From contig CAVYBN010000009.1 in NCBI GenBank assembly GCA_963766795.1, positions 14,740 to 78,739 of the forward strand: a stretch of DNA of 64,000 nt, in the 5' to 3' direction. Positions 1-9,493 of this stretch are shown in pieces (the first letter of the stretch is position 1; each line of letters opens with the position of its first letter). Made by a program: the position numbers and the translations under genes. The notes under the pieces were generated by a model, which was not told the origin of the DNA, did not search any database, and saw only the letters and a program-made list of their open reading frames with translations. The DNA is from Candidatus Parcubacteria bacterium (GTDB taxonomy: Bacteria > Patescibacteriota > Minisyncoccia > Phycocordibacterales > PALSA-1337).

Positions 1-464
1 CGGGCGATGGCCACGCGCTGGATCTGTCCGCCGGAGAGCTGGTTCGACATGTGATGCCAGCGGTCTTCGTCCAGACTGGCGCTCTTGAGGGCACTCCGAG
101 CGCGAGTCAGACGCTCGGCTTCTGGCACACCAGCATAGATGAGAGGCAGAGTCACATTGCGGAGCACGGTGGCGCGTGGCAGGAGATTGAATGACTGGAA
201 GACGAAGCCGATGCGGTTCCTGCGGATATCGGCCAGCTGGTCGTCGGAGAGCTTCGATACATCCTCTCCGTCGAGCGTGTAAGTCCCGGAAGTCGGCGTA
301 TCCAGAGCTCCCAGGATATGCATGAGCGTGGACTTTCCCGATCCTGAAGGCCCCATGATGGCCACGAATTCTCCGTCCTCTATCGTGAATGACACGCCGC
401 GCAAGGCATGCGTGGCGATGTCGCCGGTCATGTAGGTCTTGACGATGTCATTTATTTTGATCAT
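1..464 (-). CDS. ABC transporter ATP-binding protein (MacB/LolD-like); C-terminal end lies beyond the window edge
   Basis: Own minus-strand translation from the ATG at 462-464: [15 protein letters not shown]..., Walker [10 protein letters not shown], signature [13 protein letters not shown] at the edge. Lies just downstream of a HlyD-type adaptor gene. Confidence 0.9.
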   Translation of the reverse strand, partial: MIKINDIVKTYMTGDIATHALRGVSFTIEDGEFVAIMGPSGSGKSTLMHILGALDTPTSGTYTLDGEDVSKLSDDQLADIRRNRIGFVFQSFNLLPRATVLRNVTLPLIYAGVPEAERLTRARSALKSASLDEDRWHHMSNQLSGGQIQRVAIA

Positions 465-475
465 GTCGTTTGGGA

Positions 476-705
476 ATTTCTAATTGACCTAATTGACCTA
501 ATTTCTAAATAAATCCAAAATCTCAAAATTCAATTTCCAGAAAAATCTCAAAAATCAAATTCCAAATGATGCAGACATATCTTTTTTGATTTTTGGAATT
601 TGGAGCTTGTCTGGAATTTGTGATTTGGATTTTGATATTTAAATCGGTGTTTGGGATTTGGAACTTTTTAGGTCAATTAGGTTAATTAGGTAATTAGGTC
701 AATTT
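476..705. repeat. Family A long AT-rich imperfect palindrome, copy 1 of 4
   Basis: Left arm (tttctaattgacctaatt...caaattccaaa) pairs with right arm (tttggaatttgg...aattaggtcaatt). The same cores CAAATTCCAGAAAA / TCTGGAATTTGTGATTTG recur at 26166, 29462 and 51141. Confidence 0.75.
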
Positions 706-715
706 TCTATGCTTC

Positions 716-2656
716 CTAATTGCCTGCCGGCCTGGCTGCTGCCGCCGGCGCGGCTGTCGGACGGGCTCCGCCCCCGCCTCCTCCTCCGATGCCTGCTCTG
801 GCGCCCAAGCTCGAGAGCAGGCTAGGCGCCGCCGTGGCGGTCGAAGCCGCGCTTCCGGCAATGGTGCGCGTCACGACCCATTGTCCTGGCGTGAGGCCGC
901 TCAATATCTGGATATTCGTAGAGTCGGATTGCCCGACGGTGACATTGACGCTCGAAGGGGAAGTCGCCGAGGGCATGGTCACTGATAATCCAGCTCGGCC
1001 AGTGCCGCCCGCGCTTCCCGCGAACAAGCCCGAGAATGAACGAGTGCTTGAAGCCGCGCCGCCGGAACCGCCGGTGGTCGAGCTGAAAGCCCCGCCGGCG
1101 TTCGGGTAGCTCTGCGCATTCGAACCGGTTCCAGCTCCCGGCAAGCTCCGCGTGCTAGAACCAGATCCCGTTCCCGAATAATTCCGAGTGGTCGAACCTG
1201 TGCGGCCGCTCGCTCCGCTCGCGGCCGCCTGCTTCTGCATGTAAGCTCTGACCGTAGCGGGATCGATGGTTTGGACATAGCTCTGCTTGCCGGAAGCCTT
1301 CACGGCCGCGGTCGGCACGATCGTCACTCCGTCGAGCTCGTTGGTGATGATAGTGACATTCAGGCTCATGCCCGGCAATATGCGCGGATCTACGGTATTG
1401 ATGGCGATCTTGACGCCGAAGCTGACCACGCCTCCGCTCACGGTTCCGACTAGATCGACTTCAGAGACGGTTCCCGTGGCCGTGAAATTATTTATGGCGT
1501 CGAACGAGACGGTGACCTTCTGTCCGACTTTGACATTGGCCGCGTCGACTTCGTCGAGAGAGATATTGGCCAGCTTCTGGTCGCCGACGACCGTGGCTAT
1601 CACGGTCGAGTCGCCGGCCTGGCTGTAGAGCGCCGCCGGGATGCGCCCGATCACTCCGTCGAACGGCGCGCGGATGAAATAATCGTCATATGTCTGTTGT
1701 GCTTGTGCGAGCGAGATCTGACCGGCTTGTACCGCCAATGGATCGGCGCCAGTCTCCAGATTGTAGAGGGAATTCGCGCTTGAGACGATGGTATCGCTGG
1801 CTCCAGAAAGGCTGGAAACATCCCCATTCACGGAATTGCTCCAGCTGGTCGCGTCGGCTTCGGCGGTGGCCAAGCCGGTCGGGTCGTATTTCGGCTGTGC
1901 GTTGGAGATCCAAGTGATGGCGTTCTGCGTGTTCTGCAGGGCGGTCGAAACATCCCTGGCCATGCCATAAGCGTCGGTGATCAGTTGGGCGATGCTCGAA
2001 GTGGCGCTCTGTCTGTTCAAAGATTTGTATTCCGTGAGCACCGTGCCGTATTCGGCATTGGCTTTGTCATAAGCTTGTCCGGCCGTCTCGCGATAATTCT
2101 GACCGGTGTCGCTGAGGAGCGTGGACCTCTGATCGCTCAAGAATCCGGTCTGGCCGTAGAGCATATCGTTCAGCCCCGGCATGATGGTCTGCAAGTCGGT
2201 GAATGTCCCGGAAACCGAGCTGTAGCCGTCGGTGTAGCTTTTGGCGACGGCATTCACGGCATTGGCGATGTCGCCTGGCTTGGCCGGCTCGGTCAGTTGC
2301 GCGAATGAGAGCTTGGCGTTATTCAAAGCGTTCAAAGCGTTGGTATCGTCGATCGTCGCGAGCAAGTCGCCGGCATGCACATGCTGTCCGACCGAGACAT
2401 CTATGGAGGTGATAGCCCCGGAAGCTTGGCTGGTCACATCGATCTGATTGGCGGCCGAGACCTGGCCGCTGCCGGTGACGGTCTGGATGATGCTGCCGAC
2501 TGTGACGGGGGACAGAACATATTGGGTCGCGGCCTTGGCAGTCGTGGCGGAGCGGTACATGCCGAAGCCGCCGACGATGACGACGGCGACGATGAGCACA
2601 CTGCCGAATTTATGTGTCGAGCTCCACGCGCGGACTGTGGGTATGGGATTTTTCAT
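716..2656 (-). CDS. Efflux periplasmic adaptor (HlyD/MacA-type membrane fusion protein) with a Gly/Ser/Ala-rich C-terminal tail
   Basis: 646-aa ORF with an N-terminal TM. It has lipoyl-like hairpin motifs (GDLLATIDD ... VVGDQKL), a long coiled-coil middle and a beta-barrel region. It is adjacent to the ABC ATPase. Confidence 0.75.
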   Translation of the reverse strand: MKNPIPTVRAWSSTHKFGSVLIVAVVIVGGFGMYRSATTAKAATQYVLSPVTVGSIIQTVTGSGQVSAANQIDVTSQASGAITSIDVSVGQHVHAGDLLATIDDTNALNALNNAKLSFAQLTEPAKPGDIANAVNAVAKSYTDGYSSVSGTFTDLQTIMPGLNDMLYGQTGFLSDQRSTLLSDTGQNYRETAGQAYDKANAEYGTVLTEYKSLNRQSATSSIAQLITDAYGMARDVSTALQNTQNAITWISNAQPKYDPTGLATAEADATSWSNSVNGDVSSLSGASDTIVSSANSLYNLETGADPLAVQAGQISLAQAQQTYDDYFIRAPFDGVIGRIPAALYSQAGDSTVIATVVGDQKLANISLDEVDAANVKVGQKVTVSFDAINNFTATGTVSEVDLVGTVSGGVVSFGVKIAINTVDPRILPGMSLNVTIITNELDGVTIVPTAAVKASGKQSYVQTIDPATVRAYMQKQAAASGASGRTGSTTRNYSGTGSGSSTRSLPGAGTGSNAQSYPNAGGAFSSTTGGSGGAASSTRSFSGLFAGSAGGTGRAGLSVTMPSATSPSSVNVTVGQSDSTNIQILSGLTPGQWVVTRTIAGSAASTATAAPSLLSSLGARAGIGGGGGGGARPTAAPAAAARPAGN

Positions 2657-2698
2657 TGATTTTGATTTGATTATGCTAGCGGATGGTTTCGAGCTCGA

Positions 2699-3199
2699 TC
2701 ACTGCCGCGCACCGGGCGGAGGCTGTCCGCCATTTTGAGGCGCTGTGTTCATAGGCGCTGTCGGCACGATGCGGATGAGCGAAGCCTGGATGTCGCCCTT
2801 GCTGTCCGGTTCGCCGATGACGATGACGGTCTCTCCGGGAGCGAGGTCAGTGGTAGTTGCCAAGGCGTGCGATCGACGGATGACGGTCGCGCCACCGACG
2901 ATCACGGTCTTCTCGCTCTCGGTCGCTCCTTTGACGATCATCTCGGGCAAACGCACGCCGACGATCTCGCCGAAGGCTCCGTGGGCGCTCATGAACGAAT
3001 CATCACGGTCTCCTTGCGGCACGAACGGAGAGCCGGGTCCGCCGAACTGCTGGGAGTAATTATTCCCCCAGTCTCCCGAGAATTTGGCCTCGCGGTATCC
3101 CACGGCCGTTCCTGCCCAGAATATGAGCAGAGCGGACAAGAGGATGCCGAGAATGGCGATCAGTTTGGAGACACTGGGAGATTTTGAAGATTCGTTCAT
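2699..3199 (-). CDS. Membrane-anchored hypothetical protein (one beta-rich domain like those in the 31528-32421 protein)
   Basis: 166-aa ORF with an N-terminal TM (LIAILGILLSALLIFWAG). It is in the same strand run as the sigma/anti-sigma and efflux genes. Confidence 0.55.
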   Translation of the reverse strand: MNESSKSPSVSKLIAILGILLSALLIFWAGTAVGYREAKFSGDWGNNYSQQFGGPGSPFVPQGDRDDSFMSAHGAFGEIVGVRLPEMIVKGATESEKTVIVGGATVIRRSHALATTTDLAPGETVIVIGEPDSKGDIQASLIRIVPTAPMNTAPQNGGQPPPGARQ

Positions 3200-3237
3200 G
3201 AGATTTAAGGCAATTAAAATGTAAAACCATTTGCTTT

Positions 3238-3308
3238 GTCATCCCCGCGAAAGCGGGGATCCAGTGTTATCTGGTGATACTCTGGATTCCCGCTTTCGCG
3301 GGAATGAC
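3238..3308. repeat. Family C compound palindromic element, copy 1 of 4
   Basis: gtcatccccgcgaaagcggggatccag ... ctggattcccgctttcgcgggaatgac. Each arm is itself a hairpin and the two arms are mutually inverted. Confidence 0.85.
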
Positions 3309-3341
3309 AGCATCTGTCATTTTTCATTTTGATTTTGCATG

Positions 3342-3707
3342 TCATGCATGTGCCGCGTTGAAACGAATCCGGCCCCAATCTCCGGCGGTCTTGGTCGCGC
3401 CGTAGGCCAACGCGATCAAGATGCCCAAGACCAGCGCGCAGCCGGCGATCGGCGCCGATTCCACCAGAGTCAGGCCAAAGGACTGCCAAGAATGGGCGAG
3501 CATTGAACTGTCCGAAGCCATGAGCGAGAGGTAAGCGGAAAATCCTGACGCCGCGGCGCTGTTGGACAGGTATCCGTACGCTGGGACCAGCGCGACGAGC
3601 GCTCCCAATGAGATAATCCCATGCAAAGCTCCCCATAATCGTGCCTGCCTCACGCGCCTTTCGGCGATGCGCGTCATGACTTCCTTGATCATCAGTTCGG
3701 TGTTCAT
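3342..3707 (-). CDS. Small membrane protein, putative anti-sigma factor (assigned by position only)
   Basis: 121-aa ORF lying 23 nt downstream of the ECF sigma gene. It has a short cytoplasmic N-terminus followed by 3 predicted TM segments. Confidence 0.45.
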   Translation of the reverse strand: MNTELMIKEVMTRIAERRVRQARLWGALHGIISLGALVALVPAYGYLSNSAAASGFSAYLSLMASDSSMLAHSWQSFGLTLVESAPIAGCALVLGILIALAYGATKTAGDWGRIRFNAAHA

Positions 3708-3730
3708 GTTGTTGCGTCAATACGATTATA

Positions 3731-4324
3731 TCAGATTTTCTGGTGCGGCAGGCGATGAGGCAGCAGCGGGCGGAGCTTCTGGAGAGCCCGGCGGTGCCAG
3801 CTCTTGACCGTGTTCATCGGACGGTCCATCACGGCCGCGATCTCGTCGAAAGTCAGCTCCTCGCGGTAATGCATGACCAATACGGCGCGATGGTCTGGAT
3901 GGAGGCTTTCCATGGATGCCGCCAATTCACCGACTAGCTCGGCCTGCTCGAACAGCTCCGGTGGGAGAGGCTCCGCGTCCTCGATCGTGTCGGCGAATTG
4001 TAGGTCGTTCTCGGCGTCGTCGAGGTCGGAAAAGACCATGGCGCGGCGCTTCTTGATGTGGTCGAGCGCCGTGTTCCGGGCGATGGCGAAGAGCCAGGGC
4101 TTCCACGGCCGGCCTTTCTTGAAGCGCTTGATGTGCCGCCAAACCTTGAAGAATGCGTCCTGCACGATATCTTCGATCTCATCGTCGGCCTTGACATATT
4201 GGCGTACGAAGTTGAATACCGGCCGGGCGTGCCGCTCCATGAGCTCCTTGAAGGCCGCATCGTCGCCTTCTTTGCAGGCCTCGGCCAATTCCGGGTCGGT
4301 TTTCGTCGAGTACTCCGTGGGCAT
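3731..4324 (-). CDS. RNA polymerase sigma-70 factor, ECF subfamily
   Basis: 197 aa. Region 2 motif: DIVQDAFFKVWRHIKRF...WLFAIARNTALDHIKKRR. Region 4 HTH: LTFDEIAAVMDRPMNTVKSWHRRALQKLR. Confidence 0.9.
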   Translation of the reverse strand: MPTEYSTKTDPELAEACKEGDDAAFKELMERHARPVFNFVRQYVKADDEIEDIVQDAFFKVWRHIKRFKKGRPWKPWLFAIARNTALDHIKKRRAMVFSDLDDAENDLQFADTIEDAEPLPPELFEQAELVGELAASMESLHPDHRAVLVMHYREELTFDEIAAVMDRPMNTVKSWHRRALQKLRPLLPHRLPHQKI

Positions 4325-4427
4325 GACTCATTGATGGTAGCATGGAAATCGGGGAGAGGTGGAATGAATGTAAAAACCATCAAATACGGCATAGTTTTAA
4401 AAAGGCCATTCATGTTATGATTTCGTC

Positions 4428-5339
4428 ATGTCCTGGTTTTTGATCGCGCTTGGCGCGCCGGCTCTGTGGGGCCTCGTCAACCACGTAGATAAATATATCA
4501 TCAAGCGATTTTTCGTCGGCGACAAAGGCGTTGGGTCACTGGTTCTCTTCACGGCCGCGAGCGGAGCGATCATGGCGATACCGATCGGAATATTTGCTTT
4601 CGGTTCGTTAGACATCGGAGTCATTGCGACGTTCGTCATCGCCGTGAATGGCGCCATCTTGGTCGCATCATTTATTCCATATATGTATGCCATAGAGCAC
4701 GAGGAAGCTTCTTTTGTTACGTCGCTTTTCCAGCTCATCCCAGTGTTCACTTATCTGTTAGCAATGGTCTTTTTACATGAATACCTGACGGTCGGCCAAC
4801 TGTTCGCTTCGGCTCTGGTAGTTGTTGGAGCAGTCATTATCTCTCTTGACCTAACCCATACGATTCGTTTCAAAGCCAAACCGTTCTGGCTGATGGTCTT
4901 GTCCTCATTCATGCTGGCAGTCAACGCACTTATCTTCAAAGTCATAGCTCTCGACGCCAATTTCTGGGGGACGGCTTTCTGGGAATATGTCGGCGGCGCC
5001 ATCTTCGGTATTTTGCTTATGCTTTTCATCCCGCTTTACCGTCAGCAATTCATCGCCACTATAAAAAAAGGCGGCCTCAAGGTCACTGGCGTGAATTTTG
5101 TCGCAGAGATCATGAACATCATCGCTAAGCTTCTGGCCAATTTTGCCAGCCTCCTGGCTCCGCTCGCGCTCGTCTGGGTCGTCAATGGGTTCCAGCCGAT
5201 GCTGGTATTCATCTACGGCGTCATTCTCACGCTCTTTATTCCTCAATGGGGTAAGGAGGACTTGTCGAAAAAGACCATCATTCAGAAGCTGTGTGCCATC
5301 GCCATCATCTTCGCGGGGGTTGTGCTGTTGTTGAAGTAA
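4428..5339 (+). CDS. EamA/DMT-family transporter
   Basis: 303 aa with about 10 hydrophobic segments arranged as two similar halves, typical of the drug/metabolite transporter superfamily. Confidence 0.75.
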   Translation: MSWFLIALGAPALWGLVNHVDKYIIKRFFVGDKGVGSLVLFTAASGAIMAIPIGIFAFGSLDIGVIATFVIAVNGAILVASFIPYMYAIEHEEASFVTSLFQLIPVFTYLLAMVFLHEYLTVGQLFASALVVVGAVIISLDLTHTIRFKAKPFWLMVLSSFMLAVNALIFKVIALDANFWGTAFWEYVGGAIFGILLMLFIPLYRQQFIATIKKGGLKVTGVNFVAEIMNIIAKLLANFASLLAPLALVWVVNGFQPMLVFIYGVILTLFIPQWGKEDLSKKTIIQKLCAIAIIFAGVVLLLK

Positions 5340-5450
5340 AGCCTATTATCCACACAAATCAGCTTGCTTTTTTATGTACATGCGCTAATATGATTAACAT
5401 ATCGCGTTAATAGAATTAATCATGGCTATTGGGGTCGAATAGCCTCCATT

Positions 5451-5798
5451 ATGAAAATACTAATATCTGAACGACTGTTTGAAGGACCTGCAAGAGAATT
5501 TGAAGATTTCATAAAGTCAAAGTATGAAAGTTCGACCCAGAAGATCCTTATAAGAAGATTGCGTAATGCTGAAGCCGTCAATAATCTATGCGTCTTGTTA
5601 CAGCCCGGATTCCCGGGAGACTGGCATTGGCTTGAAGGTGATCGAAATCATCAGATCTCTGCGAATTTGGATGGTGGCAGGCGCATCGTGTTCGATGTCG
5701 AAGGTGGTTTGCGTCAGTACAGAGATGCTAGCGGCGGCATTGATTGTAAGTTGATCACGGTCTTAGTCCTTGTCGAAGTGGTTAATTATCATAAATAA
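5451..5798 (+). CDS. higB: HigB-like (RelE superfamily) toxin
   Basis: 115 aa. The pattern HWLEGDRNHQISANL..RRIVFDV....VVNYHK matches the HigB killer-protein pattern (H.L.GDR..Q.S..i...RI.F.....DYH). Its stop is 1 nt before the HTH gene start. Confidence 0.65.
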   Translation: MKILISERLFEGPAREFEDFIKSKYESSTQKILIRRLRNAEAVNNLCVLLQPGFPGDWHWLEGDRNHQISANLDGGRRIVFDVEGGLRQYRDASGGIDCKLITVLVLVEVVNYHK

Positions 5799-5799
5799 A

Positions 5800-6903
5800 A
5801 TGACTGTAAATAAAAATGAGGGTGGAAATTTATACGAGCCTCTTTTTCTTGTTGCGCCCGGTGAGACTTTGGATGAGATATTGAACGAACGGGATATAAC
5901 CCAGGTCGAATTTGCCAAGCGTGTCGGTAAACATCCCAAGACGATAAATGAGATCATAAAAGGGATTGCTGTCATAACTCCTGAGACATCGCTTAGATTT
6001 GAACAGGTACTCGGCATTCCCGCGCATTTTTGGAATAACCTTGAGGCTCGGTATCAAGAGATGAAGATCAGAAAGGAGACCGAAAATCTCCAGTTCTCAT
6101 TTATAAGTGAAGCCGAGAAATATCCATACCTTGAAATGGCCAAATATGGATGGTTGCCGCATACTACCGATTCCAAGGAAAAAGTTGCTCATCTCCTGTC
6201 ATTTTTTGCTGTGACCGACTTTAAAAATATTATAGAAAAAGGAGCATTCAGAATTTCATCAAAGCATGAGTACTCCATGCCATCTATAATGGCTTGGTTG
6301 AGAAAAGGATCGATAGATGGTACGAAAATTGAGACTTGTGGATTTGATAAAGAATCAATTAAGGCTAATTTGGCTGCGCTCAGATTGCTTACAAAAGAAG
6401 ATGATCCGAATAAAGTGATGAAAGAGATTAACAGGCTACTCGCGAATTGCGGAGTTGCTTTTGTGGTAACGCAAAGCCTTAAGCATGCTCCGATTAATGG
6501 GGTAACTAGATGGCTTAGTCCCAATAAAGTATTGTTACAGCTTAGTCTTAGATATAAATATGCGGATATCTTTTGGTTTAGTCTATTCCATGAGATTGGT
6601 CACACCCTTTTTGACAATAAAAAGGATTTTAATGTTGATTTGGTGAACAACCCCGTTGAGGTGGAAAAAGAGAAAAGGGCTGATAGATTTGCATGTGACG
6701 AATTAATTCCGCCCGCTCAATATGAAAAGCTCACTTCATATTTGAAACGACATCTTTTGACCGGTACAGATATGTATAACGCTATAGTAAAGTTTGCATC
6801 TCAGGTCGATATTCATCCGGGAATCGTTTCGGGTAGACTGCAACATGATAAAATTTTGCCCATGAACATGAATAAATTACGAGTGAAATTTGAATGGTCG
6901 TAG
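5800..6903 (+). CDS. HigA-type HTH antitoxin fused to an ImmA/IrrE (COG2856) zinc-metallopeptidase domain
   Basis: N-terminal Xre/VapI HTH (ITQVEFAKRVGKHPKTINEIIKG). C-terminal HEIGH zinc motif (FSLFHEIGHTLF). ATG at 5800 chosen; the track ORF begins at 5770. Confidence 0.75.
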   Translation: MTVNKNEGGNLYEPLFLVAPGETLDEILNERDITQVEFAKRVGKHPKTINEIIKGIAVITPETSLRFEQVLGIPAHFWNNLEARYQEMKIRKETENLQFSFISEAEKYPYLEMAKYGWLPHTTDSKEKVAHLLSFFAVTDFKNIIEKGAFRISSKHEYSMPSIMAWLRKGSIDGTKIETCGFDKESIKANLAALRLLTKEDDPNKVMKEINRLLANCGVAFVVTQSLKHAPINGVTRWLSPNKVLLQLSLRYKYADIFWFSLFHEIGHTLFDNKKDFNVDLVNNPVEVEKEKRADRFACDELIPPAQYEKLTSYLKRHLLTGTDMYNAIVKFASQVDIHPGIVSGRLQHDKILPMNMNKLRVKFEWS

Positions 6904-7268
6904 AGGATATTATTTGTATGTTCAAATTCATCAAGAAAATCACAGGAAACAGCACGCCAGTTGACCAGAAAAAGGACGATTTCTCTGACTTTTTTCTGCA
7001 TGCTGATTCAAAGGAAAAAACAAAGCGATGACAAGCCCTATGATGAGTGTGGCGAATGATCCCAGACCCATACCGATAAAGATACTCTGCAAATCAAAGT
7101 TCTGCATACAAGCCTTTCAATACATTGTTCATAAAAAGGCTACCACACGAATACTTCATTGTCTATTCAATGTTTTCCGTTGATTCCCGCCCAATTTCCA
7201 TCTAAGCAATATCCCAGTCAAGCCGACCAACTTGCGCCACAACCCCTGTCTTTGCTCGTATACCAAAC

Positions 7269-9140
7269 ATGGTCCTCTTCGCCGTCTCATTCATCGCCGG
7301 AGTGCTCACCGTGCTGGCGCCATGCGTATTGCCGCTTTTACCAGTGACTTTAGGCGGAGCCATGGCTGAAGCGGGGAATCGCCGGCGGCCATTGGTTATA
7401 ATCGGTTCACTTGCCGTCTCGGTTTTCATTTTCACTCTTCTATTAAAAGGTTCGACGGCGTTGCTTGGCACCTCGCCAACCTTTTGGTCGTATGTTTCAG
7501 CGATCATTTTAATCGCATTCGGTCTGACGCTGCTTTTTCCGATAACTTGGGCCAAGATCGTCCTCAAATTGCCCGGCCACAATAAGCCGGAATCGTGGAT
7601 GGCCAAGGGCTATCAGAGCCGCAGTCATTGGTGGGGCGACATCTTGGTCGGCGCGGCGCTCGGTCCGGTTTTCACCACCTGTTCGCCGACATTCTTCGTA
7701 ATCTTGGCGACAGTCTTGCCACAATCGCTTGGACTCGGGATCATTGATCTGCTCGCATACATCGTTGGTCTTTCATTGTCGCTCCTTTTGATCGCGTACA
7801 TCGGCCAGAAGCTGGTCGGCAAGCTTGATTGGGCGATCGACCCCAATGGCTGGTTCAGAAAAGCGCTTGGCGTCCTTTTCATTGTCGTGGCTGTGGTTAT
7901 CGTTTTCGGTTGGGACAAACAGATAGAGGCCAAGATTCTGAACAGCGGGTTCTTCGATGTTACGACGCTGGAGCAGAACATTCACCAGAGCTTGGAAGGG
8001 CCGAAAAGCTACAAGGAGCCGGTAGCTGGTAGTCAGGAGCTAGGAGCTGGAAGCTTGAAGCTAGGAGAAACACAATCGCAGTCAAGCGTTTCCTCGACTT
8101 CTCAACTTCAAGCTCCAAGCTCCAAGCTTCAAGCTTCTGCGGCCAATCAAATCTCGCATGCCAATCTCCCGCCTCCGCCGGTTGAGCAGAATGAGGGACG
8201 CTATGTCGAGATCGCCGACCCGGCCGGATTCGTCAACAGCGCGCCGTTCAAGCTCGCCGACTTCATCGGCAAGAAAGTCATTCTCGTGGATTTCATAGAC
8301 TACACTTGCATCAATTGCGAGCGAACCTTTCCATACCTCGAGAATTGGTGGGACAAGTACAACGATCAAGGCTTGGAAGTCGTGGCTATCCACACGCCGG
8401 AGTTCGCTTTCGAGAAGGATATCTCCAATGTCACCGCCGGCGCCAAGCAGTTCGGCCTGACGTTCCCGATAGTGCTCGATAACGGCTATGCCACTTGGAA
8501 CGCTTACGGCAATGAATACTGGCCGCACAAATACTTCATCGACATCCACGGCGATATCGTCTACGACAAGATCGGCGAAGGCGGCGACAATGTCGTCGAA
8601 GCCGAGATCGTCAAGCTCTTGAATGATCGCCTACGATTCTTGGGCCAGAATGCGGCGGTCAATACAGGCACTTCGACGATGCCGGATTACACGATTCAGA
8701 CCGAAAGCCCCGAGACTTATTTCGGCGCGATGAGGAATGAGTACTTTGGGAATGGCACGCTTTCAATCGCCGGCGATGATTCGTATACGACTCCAAATCA
8801 GTTGACGCCGAATAAATTTTACTTAGGCGGCTCGTGGCATATCGATCAAGAGTACGCAGAAACTAAATCCGCCGGCGACACCTTGTCGTACGAATTCACC
8901 GCCACGAATATGTATATCATCGCCACGACGGCTGATGGAACGCCGGCAATTGCCACGATCCTGATTGACGGTCATTCGATCCCATCCACTTGGGAGGGAA
9001 GCGATGTCGTGAATGGCAAGGTCACGATCAATGCTTCACGTCTCTACCATTTATATTCCAATCCGACGCTCGGCCAGCATCGCATAGATGTCATATTCGA
9101 CAAGCCTGGGACGAGAGTCTACACATTCACGTTTGGGTGA
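7269..9140 (+). CDS. CcdA/DsbD-type transmembrane electron transporter fused to an extracytoplasmic thioredoxin-fold (TlpA/redoxin-like) domain
   Basis: 623 aa. CcdA start VLAPCVLPLLPV with multiple TMs, then a low-complexity linker, then the redoxin motif YTCINCERTFPYL. Confidence 0.85.
   Translation: MVLFAVSFIAGVLTVLAPCVLPLLPVTLGGAMAEAGNRRRPLVIIGSLAVSVFIFTLLLKGSTALLGTSPTFWSYVSAIILIAFGLTLLFPITWAKIVLKLPGHNKPESWMAKGYQSRSHWWGDILVGAALGPVFTTCSPTFFVILATVLPQSLGLGIIDLLAYIVGLSLSLLLIAYIGQKLVGKLDWAIDPNGWFRKALGVLFIVVAVVIVFGWDKQIEAKILNSGFFDVTTLEQNIHQSLEGPKSYKEPVAGSQELGAGSLKLGETQSQSSVSSTSQLQAPSSKLQASAANQISHANLPPPPVEQNEGRYVEIADPAGFVNSAPFKLADFIGKKVILVDFIDYTCINCERTFPYLENWWDKYNDQGLEVVAIHTPEFAFEKDISNVTAGAKQFGLTFPIVLDNGYATWNAYGNEYWPHKYFIDIHGDIVYDKIGEGGDNVVEAEIVKLLNDRLRFLGQNAAVNTGTSTMPDYTIQTESPETYFGAMRNEYFGNGTLSIAGDDSYTTPNQLTPNKFYLGGSWHIDQEYAETKSAGDTLSYEFTATNMYIIATTADGTPAIATILIDGHSIPSTWEGSDVVNGKVTINASRLYHLYSNPTLGQHRIDVIFDKPGTRVYTFTFG
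8045..8147. repeat. Family D (GGAGCT/GAAGCT-unit) hairpin-forming low-complexity block lying in frame in the CcdA-Trx linker
   Basis: aggagctaggagctggaagcttgaagctaggag ... ctcaacttcaagctccaagctccaagcttcaagcttc. The same unit type is at 55354-55422 inside gyrA. Confidence 0.65.
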
Positions 9141-9166
9141 TTCTATCGATGTCCGACCTCTATGGC

Positions 9167-9337
9167 TCAATTCCCGCCCAGCTTCCACCCGAGCCAGATG
9201 CCGGCCAAGCCGCCGATCATCGAGAAGAATATGGATGACAGCGAAAGCACATCGTAATTCCCCCAGAGCGCCGGTATATAAGCGCCGATCGTTCCGCCGA
9301 CGAAGACGCCGATCCAGATCAAGGTTTTCGTGCTCAT
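9167..9337 (-). CDS. Small 2-TM membrane protein (56 aa), function unknown
   Basis: Below the track length cutoff. Own translation: MSTKTLIWIGVFVGGTIGAYIPALWGNYDVLSLSSIFFSMIGGLAGIWLGWKLGGN*. 57 codons checked with no internal stop. Confidence 0.4.
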   Translation of the reverse strand: MSTKTLIWIGVFVGGTIGAYIPALWGNYDVLSLSSIFFSMIGGLAGIWLGWKLGGN

Positions 9338-9338
9338 A

Positions 9339-9367
9339 TTGCCAATAAGTCTAACACAGGTTATACT
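9339..9367 (+). promoter_or_regulatory. Sigma-70-like promoter upstream of msrA
   Basis: TTGCCA, 17-nt spacer, TATACT. The -10 box ends 9 nt before the ATG at 9377. Confidence 0.4.
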
Positions 9368-9376
9368 AGGCGCACT

Positions 9377-9493
9377 ATGGCAAAAAGAGCATCAGTCCAA
9401 GTCCACGGCTCGCGTTCACGCAAAACCAAGAAGCGTTTGGCCGTCAAGCATGCGCGCAAACTCGCATGGCTGAACAAAAGCAAGAAAAAGTAA
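9377..9493 (+). CDS. Possible 38-aa highly basic leader peptide overlapping the msrA start (speculative)
   Basis: Own translation: MAKRASVQVHGSRSRKTKKRLAVKHARKLAWLNKSKKK*. It starts 9 nt after a good -10 box and overlaps msrA by 28 nt in another frame. Confidence 0.25.
   Translation: MAKRASVQVHGSRSRKTKKRLAVKHARKLAWLNKSKKK

Noticed and set aside
720-2738. Many long ORFs antisense to, or out of frame with, the HlyD-type gene. Similar shadow ORFs occur elsewhere, e.g. 15766-16464, 17204-17950, 38571-39668, 40653-41396, 47274-47930 and 62902-63684.
   Set aside because: They overlap genes with clear family motifs. They have Arg/Pro/Ala-rich compositions typical of alternative frames in GC-rich coding DNA, and they carry no recognisable motifs.
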